From the NCBI RefSeq assembly GCF_009914755.1, contig NC_060944.1: a stretch of DNA of 64,000 nt, one strand, 5' to 3'. The notes beneath the pieces are model-generated. The model saw nothing but the letters and a program-made list of their open reading frames with translations, searched no databases and had not been told where the DNA came from. The position numbers were made by a program, and so were the translations under genes. Below, piece after piece: positions 13,850 to 27,688 of the stretch (its first letter is position 1; each line of letters starts with the position of its first letter). This stretch comes from the human T2T-CHM13v2.0 reference genome, Homo sapiens.

Positions 13850-14110
13850 ACATCTAATGACTGGTTAATGCAGATATGAAAAGGCCAGCCCCTTCACCTC
13901 AATTCCTGACAACTGTAAAGTGTATCCCAGTTTCAGAGACCTCCACAGGGTTGGCGGAGGCCTGGTGATGACCGCCTCTCTGCCCAACTTCTCCCTCTGC
14001 CCAGTCCTGCTTCCCTCACTTCCACTGTAGTTGTTAATCTCAAGATCACTCCCTAATAAATTTCCTGATTTTCTGTACTCCAGTCTCTATCCCAGGTGCT
14101 GCTTCCCCTA
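13850..14110 (+). mobile_element. LTR16C-like ERVL LTR
   Basis: atctaatgactggtt...ccagccccttcacctcaa...caacttctccctctgcccagtcctgcttcc...ctccctaataaatttcctg. Confidence 0.7.
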
Positions 14111-14889
14111 AAAAGAACATGCCGCATTACAGGTCACTTTGTGCAAGCCACTAAGAACACTGTTCAAGGGAAGTTACAGTCTAATTTACAAGACAAGGCA
14201 CAGCAGTGCATACACAGGCTGAGGGGCAAACAAACCCTTCAGCTTCTGAATGCTGTTACCTCTCAGAAGCCAGGGAGATTGCTGAGAGTTGGGGGAGCCA
14301 AGGAAGGCTTCTCAGAGGAAGCATCTTTTAAATATTTTCTTCTTCCACCCAAAGCACCTATCTTGGAATGTCAAATGATTCAACACTACTACTTTTCCAT
14401 GTGCGTTTGTAAAAGTATATAACAATTTGAGGGATCATGTTCTTATGCTGTAATCTTTCTAAATCCTCTTTCTAAATCCTAATGATGTGTATGAATACCA
14501 TAGAAGTAGCAATAGCTCACAAAGGCCTGCAAGAAGGTAGTTGTGTTTCCTGCATAGAACCCTGTTCAATTGCTGCCTTTCTCTTAAGATTATCATGTAG
14601 CTTTTCACCTTAAGAAATTAATATGCTGTCATCTGACTAAATAATGCTTTTGGCTGAAATACTGGTCCCAAACATCTCTTATTTTGTTGTGTCTAATATT
14701 TTACCATCTCTGCTCAGCATAACTTATTCTCCTCATAATTTCACTTTTTCTCTGCTTACACTAACACGTGGTTTTAAAGGAAATATTGATGATTCATGGT
14801 GATAATAGTACGTACTTTAATGAGGTTCTGCCATTCATCATGTTGTTACATCCATGTATTATAACACTGAATTGTAGTCACCTGTACTG

Positions 14890-15365
14890 GTAGTCTTCAG
14901 TTTGGTTTCCCCAGAAGCAGACTCTGAGATTTTAAGGATTTGAGGGTAGGTAGTTTATTAGGGAGGTAACTCCAAGTAGGAGAGAGGAAAAGTGAAATAA
15001 GGAAGAAAAGCCCATCAATAAATGTATATTATCAAGCCACTTACAACTGTGAGCAAGTATAGCTTAATCCAACTAGGGAACTCTGGTGACCCCTGTAGAA
15101 TATGTACCTCCCTTTCCCACCTAAAGGCAAGGGATCTGGGCTACTTTTACCCAACTATTGTCAGTAATCTCTTAAGAACTGTTCCTCTTAGACATTAAGT
15201 CCTGAGCACTCTCAGTTTCCCAAGTGCTTGAGCAAAGTAAATTCTTGAAGTCAGAGAAAGCTCTTAGGCAAAATAAATAAAATGCAGGTACTAGCAGTCA
15301 GGCCTAAGGGCTCTGAGATGGTAAAGGCAGGGGGATGTGGGTGATGTCCTGAAACATCATCTACA
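14890..15365 (-). mobile_element. LTR33-like ERVL LTR
   Basis: ttccccagaagcagactctgaga...gtagtttattagggagg...ttatcaagccacttacaactgtgagcaa...gggaactctgg. Confidence 0.65.
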
Positions 15366-15539
15366 CTGGCTAATTAAGAGAAAACACAGGATTGCAATCA
15401 CATTGCGTAGACTGGATATTCTCTTCCTCGCTCCTACAGTCAATCACGCCCCAATTTCTGCTGATGCCATTTCCCTGCTAGCTCTGGGGACTCCCTTTCC
15501 TTTGCTGTTTTTGCTGTCTTCTAGCCACATATGTCTGCT

Positions 15540-15900
15540 TTCTTGCCTGTTAATACCCCAAGAGTTCTTGCCTCTGAGCCTTTGTTCAGGACGGAGCTTG
15601 GGTCCCTTTGCTAAAATGTGTTTTTACCTTGTATATTTCTATTGCAGTCCTTCTCCAAGCTCACTTTCTCTAAGATACTTCACACATCTTTCTGCTATAG
15701 TTGGTGGCACTTCATTTTAGCTTCATTTTAGCACTTCTCATAATCTGACCTTTTATTAAGTCGGGTTCATAGACATCTCTGTTTCTCACTCAATTGTGAA
15801 TTTCTGAGGGGCAGGTGCTGGCATGCAATTACTGTGGTACCCACTCCAGTGCTTCACATGTAGTAGATATTTGATAAATGCTTGTTGAATTAAATTGAAT
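15540..15900 (+). mobile_element. L2 3' end (approximate bounds)
   Basis: ttgtgaatttctgaggggcagg...gtagatatttgataaatgcttgttgaattaaattgaat. Confidence 0.6.
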
Positions 15901-15943
15901 AATTTAAATCCAAATTAGGTCAGAAAAGGATGGTGTTTTAAGT

Positions 15944-15958
15944 GGGGGGGGGGGGGGG
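15944..15958 (+). repeat. G15 homopolymer
   Basis: Directly visible. Confidence 0.95.
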
Positions 15959-16440
15959 CACCAGATTCAGTTACCTGGATAGGGAAAACATACACTTGAA
16001 TTTTCTAACAGCTTGCACTCAAGCTGTCATTAAAATTAAAGTCCTTTATTAGATGCTTTCATTGTTGCCGAAATAATACTCCCTGTGCCTTGGAGCAGTA
16101 GATGTAACAGCCTCTCTTAGTTATAATTTTGTGACATCAGGCATCAAGCAGTCGGGAAATTGCGAGAGCTGGTAATATAACTTTACATATAGTATATCAT
16201 TACAAATGAGAAAACAGGGCCTGCGGGCAGGGATGCTCTGTAACATATTTTTCTGAGAAGAAAGAAAACTCAATGGAATAACAGTAAATTCTGTAAAAAA
16301 CATTTTCTCCTTAAAAAAAGACAGTGCCCATTTAGTTATCCTTTAATAATTTCAATTAACTTCTGCATGGCAGCATGCTAAAAGAAACAAATTGCCTCTC
16401 AGTCAGAAAACTGTCTGTCTCTCCCTGTCAGTCTCTCATG

Positions 16441-16486
16441 AACACACACAAACACACACACACCCACACACACACGCATGCACACA
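16441..16486. repeat. Imperfect (CA)n
   Basis: Directly visible. Confidence 0.85.
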
Positions 16487-16889
16487 ACTCTAAGAGCAAT
16501 CATTTTAGGAGTCTGGGCTGACTCTGAACACTGCTCCAGGAATTAAGGGCCTAGACTGGGCAAATCACTCTGTTTACTGGAAGTATCCACCATTTCCTCT
16601 CCTGTTTCCCACCCATTTCTATGTTTGCACACTTGTAAGCTAATCTAATTTAAACAAGAAAAAAAAAGCCTTTAATGGGATGATAACCAGAAAAAATGTT
16701 CCCATTGTGTTTAAATGAATTCAAATGAAGTCATATTTTGAGGGAAGGGGAGAGGGCCAGTCCCCCTGGGGGACTTGGAGTCAAGACAGACAACTGTGGG
16801 TAAGCTTTACTGGCAAGCCTCTTTCAATCTATTTCATAGCTTACATGCCCCCGCTCCTCTGATGCCCCAGCCCAAACAATGATACACAG

Positions 16890-17330
16890 TGTGTCAGGAG
16901 GCTGTAGTAGCCTAAACCCCAAATTACTGTGACTTAAAGTCAACGTAGTATTATTTTTGCTTCTTATTGTTGTGTTTTTCTGTTTTTATTTTCAATCTCA
17001 CCTGAGAAGGAGGCAGACCAGGGGTAATCTGGGAGATCCATGATCATTAGGGACCTAGACTCCTTTTATCATCTTTCTCTCTGTATTTGTCTTCCATCTT
17101 CAGTGTTGCCTCATGGTCACAGATGACTTGCTGGAGCACCATCAATCACCTCTTTGTTCCAGGAAGAAAAAAGGGGGAGCAAGGAAAAAAGATTAAAAGG
17201 ACAATGCTTCTTCAGTACATCAGCAGCTTACTTTCTCTTGGCCACCTCTATCAAAAAACAAGAATGGAGAACATATTTTGATGAAAATGCATATTATAAA
17301 AAGAAGGGAAGAATGGCTATCAAGTAGACA
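16890..17330 (-). mobile_element. MLT1J-like MaLR LTR (approximate bounds)
   Basis: tcattagggacctagactccttttatc...gttgcctcatggtcacagatgac...ggagcacca. Confidence 0.6.
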
Positions 17331-17471
17331 AAACACACAGACATACACAATATTGCTTCTGTCAGATCCTTATGTGGATTGGGTTGCAAAAGAGTAGTGA
17401 CAGCATGCTTTAAGTGCCTAAAAAGTCTCTGTAAATTCCCAGTTCTCTTGTTGATAGTGTTTGGTTCACTC

Positions 17472-17481
<10 letters not shown>

Positions 17482-17530
<49 letters not shown>
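17482..17530. repeat. (AG)~24 microsatellite
   Basis: Directly visible perfect run. Confidence 0.97.
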
Positions 17531-17536
<6 letters not shown>

Positions 17537-19595
17537 GGGAAGAGGCCTGACATTTTCTTGAGAACTGAAACCTTTCTTTTAAGATGGCTTGCCTTTATCA
17601 CCATCCGAAATTCTAAGCACTGGATATTTGTACCAGACTCTAAGGTAGGACAGCACAAATCCTTTGTTAACATGACTTGGTCCTTACCTCTTAATATCCC
17701 TATTTCTTCCCTGAGGGAGAGTTTGGCTGGGAAGGACGCAAGTATCATTATTTTTCTTCTGCTGGCCAAAGTTGTCTCTTTGTGCATTCTCAGCTTTCAA
17801 AAGAAATTGAGCTGAATCCACTTTTAAACTCTAAGGGATTCGTTATCAGAAAAGAAAAAAAAAAAGAGAGAGAGAGATTTGAGTTGGCTTTGAAGGAAGT
17901 GGAGACTAGGAGGTCCAAGGTTGAACTCCTTGCTCTTAAAAGCAAAAACTAGAGTGAGTCTTAGGATTGCAGTGGGCTCTGTGCACCAGTATCCATAGCC
18001 CTTGGAGAGGAATGCCCACAGTCTTTTGTTGAGATGATCACCTATCTCTTCAGAATCTCCAATCTAGAATTTCCCATTTCACTTTTTAGTAAGAATATAA
18101 AGTTGGATACTGGGTATTCAGATTCCTGTTTCTGCTCTCTCTGTACCCTGAGGCCTCCAAATACGTATAAAGAAAGAGGCAATGTGGCAGTATAACAGCT
18201 AAGATAGGAGTGGTAACATGCCTGTGGGATCCTCAGAACAGCCACCACTGGGAAATTCAAATGATCATAGGCAATTTCTAAGGAGGTCAAGGTTGCAGGC
18301 TTAAGTCTTACATGAATCATTTAGCTCTAGTACATTCACCAGCCATAAGCTATACACATAATGATGATCATTGCTACCAAGAATTTATTTATTTCTCATT
18401 TTTGATCTGTCATGTACAATATGATCTAAATGTAATAGACCATTTGATTCAATATTAAATGCCTATTAAAGAGATGGTCAGTTTTTAAGTTTTAATAACT
18501 AATTTGAAGCTTCTTCATCAATCTTCTCTCAATTGCCTTTTATATTTTAAATGATCGTTTTTGAAAGGCTTTGTCATTGAATATATTGTAACGTGTGAAA
18601 AAAAAAGTGTTTATACTAAATGTGACTTATCCTCAAAGGTCCACAGAAAAGAACATCTGTCATTGTTAAAGATCATGCAGCCTTTTTCCTCTGCCTGGGG
18701 AAAAGTTCAAAGTTGACAGTGAGTTCACTTGAAGAGATGTAATATGAAGTCAGAGCGAAGGTAAGTTGACAGGACCAGGACAAGCAAGATAAGGTTTACC
18801 AAGGAGTCTTGGCCCCTTTCATCTGTTCCATGATCTCACCTGAAACAAAATCCTTGTTCTGCTTTATCTTCCTATGTATCCAGGAGATTTAAGTAGTAAC
18901 TGAAGCTGTCTGTAGAGTAAGTACAGTAGACATAACACCACACCTCGTTTTCCTTTTCATGCCGGGGAAGCCATGTTCCCGTGTTGAGACTACCTTTAGT
19001 GGGGACTTTCTATTCCTTTCCAGAACACCATTTACAAGGGAAGAGGGAGCAGAATTATTCCTCTTTACAGTGCTTGGAGGAGATTCAGAAGGTGATCTTG
19101 TTCGGACTATACCTTCCTTAAGTATTATTTCCCTGAAGAAATGCTGCAGAGTCTATTCTGTGGCATTCTTGGACCACAGGATTGGAAGCACTTGATTGGG
19201 AATAAGACAGCACATTTCTAAGATCTCTTTACTATATTTTGGCTTTTTTACTCACTATAAAACATTTACCTAGAGGGCTTTCTATTAAATTTAGTCCAGC
19301 CCATTCTCTGACAGGTAAGTCCAGGCATCAAAAAGTGTGTATTTTCTAAATATTGAAGTACCATTCAGCCTGTGAAAAATAAAGCAAATTTGTACTGATG
19401 TGGAAAGATGTTCCAGTGCATATTAAGCACCAAGAAATGAATTAGATTTGAAAGCATTCATAATATTATCCTTTTTTAAAAGTGGGAGTTGGTAGATGGA
19501 TGAGCAGACACATTAGGGCGACTTGCTGCAGCCTCTGGGGATAAGCAGTGTATGCAGAAACTTTGATAGTCAATTTCTTTATTAAGAAGGACTGT

Positions 19596-19892
19596 GGCCC
19601 GGTGCGGTGGCTCACACCTGTAATTCCAGCACTTTGGGAGGCCAAGGCGGGCGGATTGCTTGAGTCCAAGAGTTCAAGAGCAGCCTGGGCAACATGTTGA
19701 AACCACATCTCTACTAAAAATATAAAATATTAGCCAGGTGTGATGGTGTGCACCTGTATTCCCAGCTACTCCGGAGGCTAAGGTGGGAGGATCATCAGAG
19801 CTTAGGAGGTTGAGGGTGCAGTGAGCCGAGATGTAGCCTCCAGCCTGGGGCAACCAAAGTGAGATCACATCTCAAAAAAAAAAAAAAAAAAA
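19596..19892 (+). mobile_element. AluJ-like element
   Basis: ggattgcttgagtccaagagttc...cctgggcaacat...ggtgggaggatc J-type diagnostics; small deletion in the right arm; polyA. Confidence 0.93.
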
Positions 19893-20055
19893 GACTTTTA
19901 GGAAAGAGAACATTCTGATTATTTACTTTTAAGTAGTTTGACTTAAAAACCATATTAACAGGGTTTATTTGAACCCTGGAAGATAGTGGACCATTTTTAT
20001 TTTCTTCTTTGTACTTTTTGTATTTAAAAAAAAATTCCTCAAACTAGTGGTGGTG

Positions 20056-20362
20056 TTTTTTTTTTTTTTTTTTTTTTTTTGAGACAGACTCTTGCTCTGT
20101 CCCCCAGGCTGGAGTGCGGTGGTGCGATCTCGGCTTACTGCAATCTCCGCTTCCTGGGTTGAAGCAATTCCCCTGCCTCAGCCCCCTGAGTAGCTAGGAT
20201 TACAGGCACTCACCACGATGCCCGGCTAATTTTTGTATTTTTAATAGAGACGGGGTTTCACCATGTTGGTCAGGCTGGTCTCGAACTCCTGACCTCAGGT
20301 GATCTGCCTGCCTCGGCCTCCCAAAGTGCTGGGATTACAGGCATGAGCCACCACGCCTGGTC
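20056..20362 (-). mobile_element. AluSx-like element
   Basis: T25 tail followed by a full antisense Alu. Confidence 0.95.
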
Positions 20363-20750
20363 CCCGTGTTATTTTTAAAAGGTATCCTTGCTGTAATTTT
20401 TCTTTATATTAAGGATTCTATTTTAGACTTTTATATATACTATTCTAATTCATCCATTAAAAATTTAGGCCTATATCGAAACCTGTAAATCTCTTAAATA
20501 ATTATTCAACCAGAAAAAAAAGTTAAATGCAATTAAACTTTGCCATATGTGTATGATATGCCTAAACTAAATGGTAATAAAACCATCCCTGGTTTTCATT
20601 AGTTAGATATGTGTACTCTCAGGGATAAAAGAAAGAAATAAGATCATTTTGCAGCCTTTCTTTGAATCCAGGGCAGCCATCCAAGAGGCCAAAAACGTAA
20701 CGCCTGGAAAAAATAAATTCCTTTTAATCTTGTGGATTAATCAGGTAGTG

Positions 20751-21076
<326 letters not shown>

Positions 21077-24000
21077 AGGTCCTGCAAATTCTGATGCAAA
21101 CTTATAAACCACCCACCTTGATTTACATTAGGAATATAACTGTATTTACCTTCCCAACATTACATAAATACTATGATGAGAAATCAAAATTAAAGTGCTC
21201 AAAATTGAAAGAAAAAATGTAGTTTTGAAATAGGAAAACCATATAAAAATGAAATTTAGATTGCATTTTCTATTAGAAAAATGTAAATATGTAAATGATT
21301 ACTTAGGATGCTAAAATATGCTTTTATTCACTTATATGCAAACAAACCTAAACAACATATCTAATATGTAAATAATAAAACCAAAATTATCTTCTTTATT
21401 TCAATTGGCAACTTTTTTCTCCTTAAGTGCATATTTTATATAAACACTTCTTATTTGTTTAGAAATAAAAACTGCATGTAAAATTCTTTTATTCATTTTT
21501 ATAGACTGCAAATATGCCATAGCCTTCTGTGAGCTCGATAAATATCAGGTGATAATTTGGTTCATTTAAAAAAAAAACAAATATTTTACAGCTTTTGTCA
21601 GATTTTATTGCTTTAGGCCAAAGGTCAATCCAAGGCCCAGGGCAAAGTATAGGTAGTGTGTTTTTTGAGTAGGTATACATTGGAAGGAGTTGCTGAAAAG
21701 GATTATATGTCATATTTCAGAGGTACTTCCATAAAAGGGATGATAACCAAGCTGGCCTGATGAGCCACAATTGAAGTTGTTCCGTTTTATAAAAGAGTAC
21801 ACCATTTCCCACAGTAGGACTCCTCAAATGACCTTCACCAAGGCAGAGACATATTGTGCTGAGGCTTTTCAGGGATTAATTAAGGGGCTGTGAATAGTGT
21901 AGGCTAGACATAATTGTATGTGTTTTGTGTGCTTGTAAAGTTACCTGTTATGCATCCCCTTACCTTGCTCATATAATTAAAAGTAGACTCCAAAGACCAA
22001 AATTTAAAGCAGCCCCTGTTCACTAATCGCCCCATGGACTTTTGCAGAGATAGTTCCGTTTTGGGAATGAATTTGTAAGTGGAGTTTAGACCACAAACAC
22101 TCAAAATAATGCTTTCATCTGCTCCAGTGGTTGAAGTTGCCCCCAGCGGTGTTGCTTCTCCTCTGTACATTTCCTCAATTGACTTTCAGGTTACCTCTCT
22201 GTGCGAGCTCTGGGGGTGCCAGAGAAAGGCAGAGAAAAAGAGAGACCTAAGTGCTTGAGGCAGAACATCGACAGCTACCAGTACGTGTTCTCAGCTGCAG
22301 GTTTACTCAGCTGTTCCAAAGGACAGAGAGGCAGGGCAGCCGCAGGGTCTGCTCTAGACTATTCTTTCCCTTTGAGAAAATGCCCTCTGAAATTTCACGT
22401 GGCTATATGCAATATCTATATTTGGTCTAGAGTATTATAAAAACGAACTAGTCCTACATTGTACAAAAAAGCTAATTTAATAATTGAGAGTAATTTTTGT
22501 TTAAATATACTATGTTGAATCATGCATCTAGACATTTGAGCTTAAGTTTTGAGACTCAGTATGTACTGCAAGACTGAAGAAATGTATCACATCTGTGCTC
22601 CAACGATCCCTGTGTCTGCAGAGTGCTTCGTGGTTTAGGAAGTGCTTTCACAAGCACATTTTTGGATACTTACAAAAGATGTGAGGTTTACAGAGGCGTT
22701 ATTGAGATTTTTCAGTTGAGAACACTAACACCCAGGATGGAATAGTGGGATAAAAACACAGCTATCAGTGTCAAGAGACATGGATACTGCCCCTGGTTTT
22801 ACCCATGGCCTTTTCTGGATATATATATTTTTTTCTCTGGGCCTAATTTTCTTCATGTGGAACATGAGAAAATGGACAAAATAGCTATAAAATTTTGAGC
22901 ATCCTGAAGTGATGACCTTAGACATGAATCAAAGACTCTTGAATCTCATTATTTCCATGATCCCCTCAAGTTCCACGGGACCCTCATTACCACTTGTAAA
23001 TTCAGTATCTACTATAATGAAGAAATTCGTATATGTAACTGTAAATCAAAACTGGTATAATAAAGCCTTTCAAAAAGCATATAAACAATGTATAAATATG
23101 AATACACTCCTATTTTGTTAATATATACATGCATTTATATTATATATAATTATATTTTTTACTTGGTAAACATTTCAAATTAGAATATTCTCTAATTTTG
23201 AAATGTTAATAATAATCCATTTATTGATTATTGTTGATGTTGATATCATTGAAAATTTTACAAAATCTTTTTATATTCCCAATAAAGAATCCTATCTTTC
23301 TCAACATTATGAACATTTATCTTACAGTTACATAATGTTTAGAATTAATGTATTTATCTCAAAACACTTGAGGGTTTTTTTAATGAAAGATGCATTATAT
23401 AACTTGCCTCATATCATGTATCATGCATTTGGTATTTAACTTAGCGAACTGTTTGTTATCATGGAATGGCGGCCACTGTTTCTCTTTTTATGCAATCCAT
23501 TAGAACATTGGATTAGCACTAAATTATTCTGTATTAATTGTGAATATAAGACTGTTAGATTAGTTCTGAATTGTTCTGTGTTACTTGTGGATACACACAC
23601 ATATTTTAATACAGAACATATATTTCTTCTGAATCCATTTCTCTCTCCTACTTGACCGTAGTAAACATACTCTGCACTCCAGTGTCAGTGCCAGGTTATT
23701 TTTGTTCTCTAAGATTTTAATTGCATTCATTATTTTGGGCTCAGTACTGGTTAGGAATAGTCTTCAAAGATTAAAGCTGTTTATGTGGATATGAAAAATC
23801 ATTTGGTGATCTGCCGAAACCCTCCTGTTCATAAGAGGAAGCTTTTCTGTCAAAAGAAAGAATCAGACACATAAAACAGATTTTCTCAATTGATATCACA
23901 GCTCTATAGAGTCATTAGGCTAAAGCACCTGCACCTTGAAATGCTTTGATTGCCCAGTGTGCTGTGAGGACCTGGGCTGTCACCTTGAATGCTGATATTC

Positions 24001-24279
24001 CCTTCCTCTGAGTTAAAGTAACATCCTAGATTTATCACCATATTGGAAATTCATTTACCAAGTTGATTCAGTTTGTTTTCCCCACTCAGTGTTGTCCTAG
24101 TCAGCAGATGGGCCCCTTATTTATTAGAATGGTGCGGTCACTGAATTGTATCCACCAAGCTCTGCTACTTTTGCAGTGGAAATGTTAGCAGTTTTATTTA
24201 CCAATGCAAATATTTACCGAGAAGCTACCAAATAAAAGTTATTTTGGATTTTTTTTAAATGTCTAATTGTTTATGCAAT

Positions 24280-24665
24280 CATCTACTCAAGAAACATTTA
24301 CTGAGCACCTATTTTTACATGATTCTATCTTGTTTGTGGCAAGGAATACAAAGGTAAATAAGAGGAAACAGCCTGGTCTAATGGAGATGAGGGCACTGGA
24401 GTACTAAAGACATGGGTTACAATTTTTCCTTAGTCATTTATTAACCATCTGGCATTATCTTCTACTCTGTCTTCCCTGTACTTGTGTGTGTGTGTGTGTA
24501 AAGTGGGAAGAATATATCTTTATCAGGTTATAGTGTGAATTAGAAATTAAACATATATAGTATTCAATAAAAGCATAGTGGCAGAATAAACAGTTCTTCT
24601 CAGCATCATGGTAGTATCAATAAGACCCGGACTGTGTCCTCAAAGGAGTGTACATTTTGTTGGTG
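24280..24665. mobile_element. L2 fragment (-) interrupted by a MIR (+), approximate bounds
   Basis: aaacatttactgagcacct...aatacaaaggtaaataaga, then a MIR-like segment, then taagac...gtcctcaaaggagtgtacatt. Confidence 0.5.
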
Positions 24666-24797
24666 TAATTTATGAGATGCCTAACATAAAAACTCTCCAA
24701 CTTATTCATTACATAGACTGATACTTCATTTTATCTCCCCCCACCATGCCCCCCGCCAGCATATTTTCTGGCTCATTTGTCCCTTTAGTTCTCTTCT

Positions 24798-25386
24798 GTG
24801 TCATCCAGAGTCCAGTCAGGAAACAGGAATCTTAGCAGTTATTTCAATTGAAAAAGGTTAACATAGGGAATCGATTATACCGGGGTTGGAAAGCTACAAA
24901 GCCAAAAAGAGACCTGTGAGCCAACAGCAATCCTAAGGATGGGGGAACAAATTAAAAGACATTCGCGTTATCAGATTCCAAAAGCTCGAAGAAAAGACCC
25001 CCAAAACTTAGGCTGAGACCTCCACCCAGCTGGGGCTGATAACTCACAGGCTGCAGGAGGGTCCCAGTACAGCCATCCTTCTCAAGCTGCTATCTCTAAG
25101 GTACAATGAGAATTGCACCGACAGTGCCAAAAACAGTAGAAGATAGAAGATGAGGCTGACTGCTGCTGCTGGAGGGAAGAGCTATGGCCGGGGCTTCTCT
25201 GACAGTAATGATGGGTGAAAAAGGAAGGAGTAGGTCTTCTCCTGCCTGCCAGTTTCATACCAGTGTCCTATGGCAGAATCTAACAGGGAGCCAGCTGTGA
25301 AGAGGAGGTGTAGCTTCATGGTCCCAGGTGCAGCATCACAGAGCCAGGAATAGAAAGGGATTGGGGCTTACTTACTAACTAGCACA
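24798..25386 (-). mobile_element. LTR41-like ERVL LTR
   Basis: gagtccagtcaggaaacag...ggcagaatctaacagggagccagctg...cagcatcacagagc...taactagcaca. Confidence 0.7.
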
Positions 25387-26014
25387 GGTCTGTTTTAGCA
25401 GGGTGACTTTATGTCCAGATTTGCAGGATTACAATTTACCCTCAAAGACTGGAGAACTCACTGGCTCCTTTCATTTCGTCTACTATGATATGTTCACTTT
25501 TGAAGAGACCCCAATCCACATGAATGTTGAAAGTAAACATTTGTAGTTATATACTCAAATTATCTTTTGAAAAGAATGGATCTGACTTTTCCTACTTACT
25601 ATGTCACCATTGAAGACTACCTTCTCAAAAGACTTCTGTTGTTACTTTAAAATTCTTAAAAGACAAATCTTCATGTAATTCTGTTGGTATCAACAAGGGA
25701 AACACCTAATGTGGGAAATTAACTTGTCATTCTTCTCCAGTTAAAATGGTTAGAAATATGACCATTACCATTAGGAAATTGTATATGAGGTTAAACATTT
25801 ATTAAATGCAAACACTTTTCCAATAAATTTAAAATAAGAGATATTTCTCGTTTTTTTTCTGGTTTCAACTGAAATAGAAGATGACATAGCCTCTGTAAGA
25901 AGATGTAGAAGATGAATTTTGGTATTTACAAGTTTGCATGTTGTTGAATAAAGGTTTATATTAGGTTTCATAATTAATTCTAATATTCAAATATCTGTTT
26001 GTAGAGCATTTTAA

Positions 26015-27330
26015 TTAGTTTAACAAATGTTTACTGGGGTCTTATAAGTGCCAGGCACTGAGGAATCAAAGTTAACAAGACCGCCAAGGTCTCAGCATGC
26101 AGGGAGCACATATTCTAGTGGAGACAAGTAGAAAAACAGCAATTAAACACAGAAACAATGTAAAAGTGCACAAAGGGAAAAAAACTGAGTTATTTTGGGG
26201 AGTGTGTTTGTATAAGTAGCCATGAAAGTCTTCTTGAACAGATGCTATTTAAGATGAGAACTGAAGGCTGAAAAGGAAGGAGGAGGAGGTACCTATGTGA
26301 AATACAGAGGAAATAGGAAAGACACCATTCCTTAAGCAGAATACAACTTGGCATTTTCAAGATACCGCCATAGAAGCTACTGGAGCCAATGCACAGGGAG
26401 AGGAGAGAGAATGAGTTTGAAGGGATTGGAGGGGCCAGACCGTGAAGGACCTTGTAGGGCCCAGTAAACAGTTGGGATTTTATTCCAACCAAAATGGGAA
26501 ACCATGGAATGTTTTAAATCTGGGAGTCATGAAAGCTGATTTATAGTTTTAAAAGTCACTCTGTTGACTGCAGAGAATGGATTTTAGAGGTTAGAATAGA
26601 AACAGAGAGAGTATGAGGAGAAGAAAGCCAGGATCTAGGGAAGAGATAAAGATGGTGGTTTGAGATACACTTCAGAAGTGAATCTTGAAGGACTAGCGAG
26701 TAACTTGGACATGAGCATGGGTAGGAAAATGGGAGTGGGGAAAGGATTTACGAATGCTTCCTATGGATTAGAATAAGCAACTGGGTAGATGTTGATGTCA
26801 TTATGAATCTGGTAGAAACAAAGAGAGGAATAGATACCTGAAAGAGTGGAAGAAAAGTGAATCTTATTTTAGACACATAGGATGTTTGAGACATCTGTGA
26901 AATATTCAAGTGCAAATATTAAATAGACAGTTGAATATCCAAGTTTGAAAATTACAGCAGGAGGCAAGGCCAGTGATAGGAATTAGTAAGTTATTTATTT
27001 TTGTTTTCGTTTTTTTAAAAATCATCAACCATGTATCTGGATATGTTCACTTGCAGAGAGAATCTGCATAGTAAAGAGAACATCCAGCATTGTAAAGACT
27101 GGAATAGTAGGAGTGACAAATAAATTCAGCAGAGAGGTCAGAAGGAAAGCAGGAGTCAAGTCCTGTGAAAACCAGGAGAGACGATTGGTGCATGAATAAA
27201 GGAGCCAAGTGTATCTTGTGGGAGCCAATCGAACTTGCAGAGAAGTCCAAGTAGATCAAGAGACAGAAGTGTCCATTAGATTTGGCCACATGGAGATTTC
27301 CATTGACCTTGACATGAACAGTTCCACATT
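26015..27330 (-). mobile_element. L2 LINE, about 1.3 kb
   Basis: aacaaatgtttactg...gtgccaggcactg...ggattttattcc...atgggaaaccatggaatgtttta...aagtgtccattagatttggc...tgaccttgac. Confidence 0.85.
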
Positions 27331-27586
27331 ATATGAAGTTTTATGAGCCTATATATATTCAGTTTTTATGAGCCTCAGGTGGTTGATAGGAAGGAATAAT
27401 AATCACGACAACTTTTGTCAAGTCTGAGGAAGAACTGTCTGCTGACTTATCACATTTTCAATTAGGGGATAATATTTGATGTAAGTGGCTCTGAAAGGTT
27501 TTCTGTCTCCTCTCTGATTGGAATCCATAACTTGAAATTGATCCAGTGTGGTAACAAGAATGCTATTCTCCTGTTTGATCTCTTAG

Positions 27587-27688
27587 GCTTTTTCGCTGTA
27601 GGGCATTCGCTGAAAATGATGACCAAGAATTGTTTAAGTGCAACCAGGCTGGGAAAGCCAGTAGTAACCACCGTAGGACAGACAAGAG
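27587..27688 (+). CDS. Candidate internal (penultimate) coding exon of an unidentified host gene: xLFRCRAFAENDDQELFKCNQAGKASSNHRRTDK(S)
   Basis: Acceptor ctattctcctgtttgatctcttag|G; donor AG|gtactt; 102 nt, phase 2-2; repeat-free and retains CpGs; joins in frame to 53747. Confidence 0.65.

Noticed and set aside
18889-19195. 88-codon stop-free minus-strand frame (TLQHFFREIILKEGIVRTRSPSESPP...) overlapping a 78-aa plus-strand ORF
   Set aside because: No recognisable homology, only a late Met, no convincing splice pair; a TBLASTN search would be needed to revive it
22140-22445. Slightly GC/CpG-richer patch with a TATA-like tataaaa near 22436
   Set aside because: Not a CpG island, and no downstream exon or initiator evidence; at most a weak enhancer candidate
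25250-25290. Position of the CTCF motif normally carried by LTR41
   Set aside because: The core is degraded here (ccagtgtcctatggc versus the remembered ctagcgccccctattggc)
27587-27688. Second open frame of the candidate exon (FFAVGHSLKMMTKNCLSATRLGKPVVTTVGQTR)
   Set aside because: When joined to 53747 it stops after about 15 codons and looks less protein-like; disfavoured but not formally excluded
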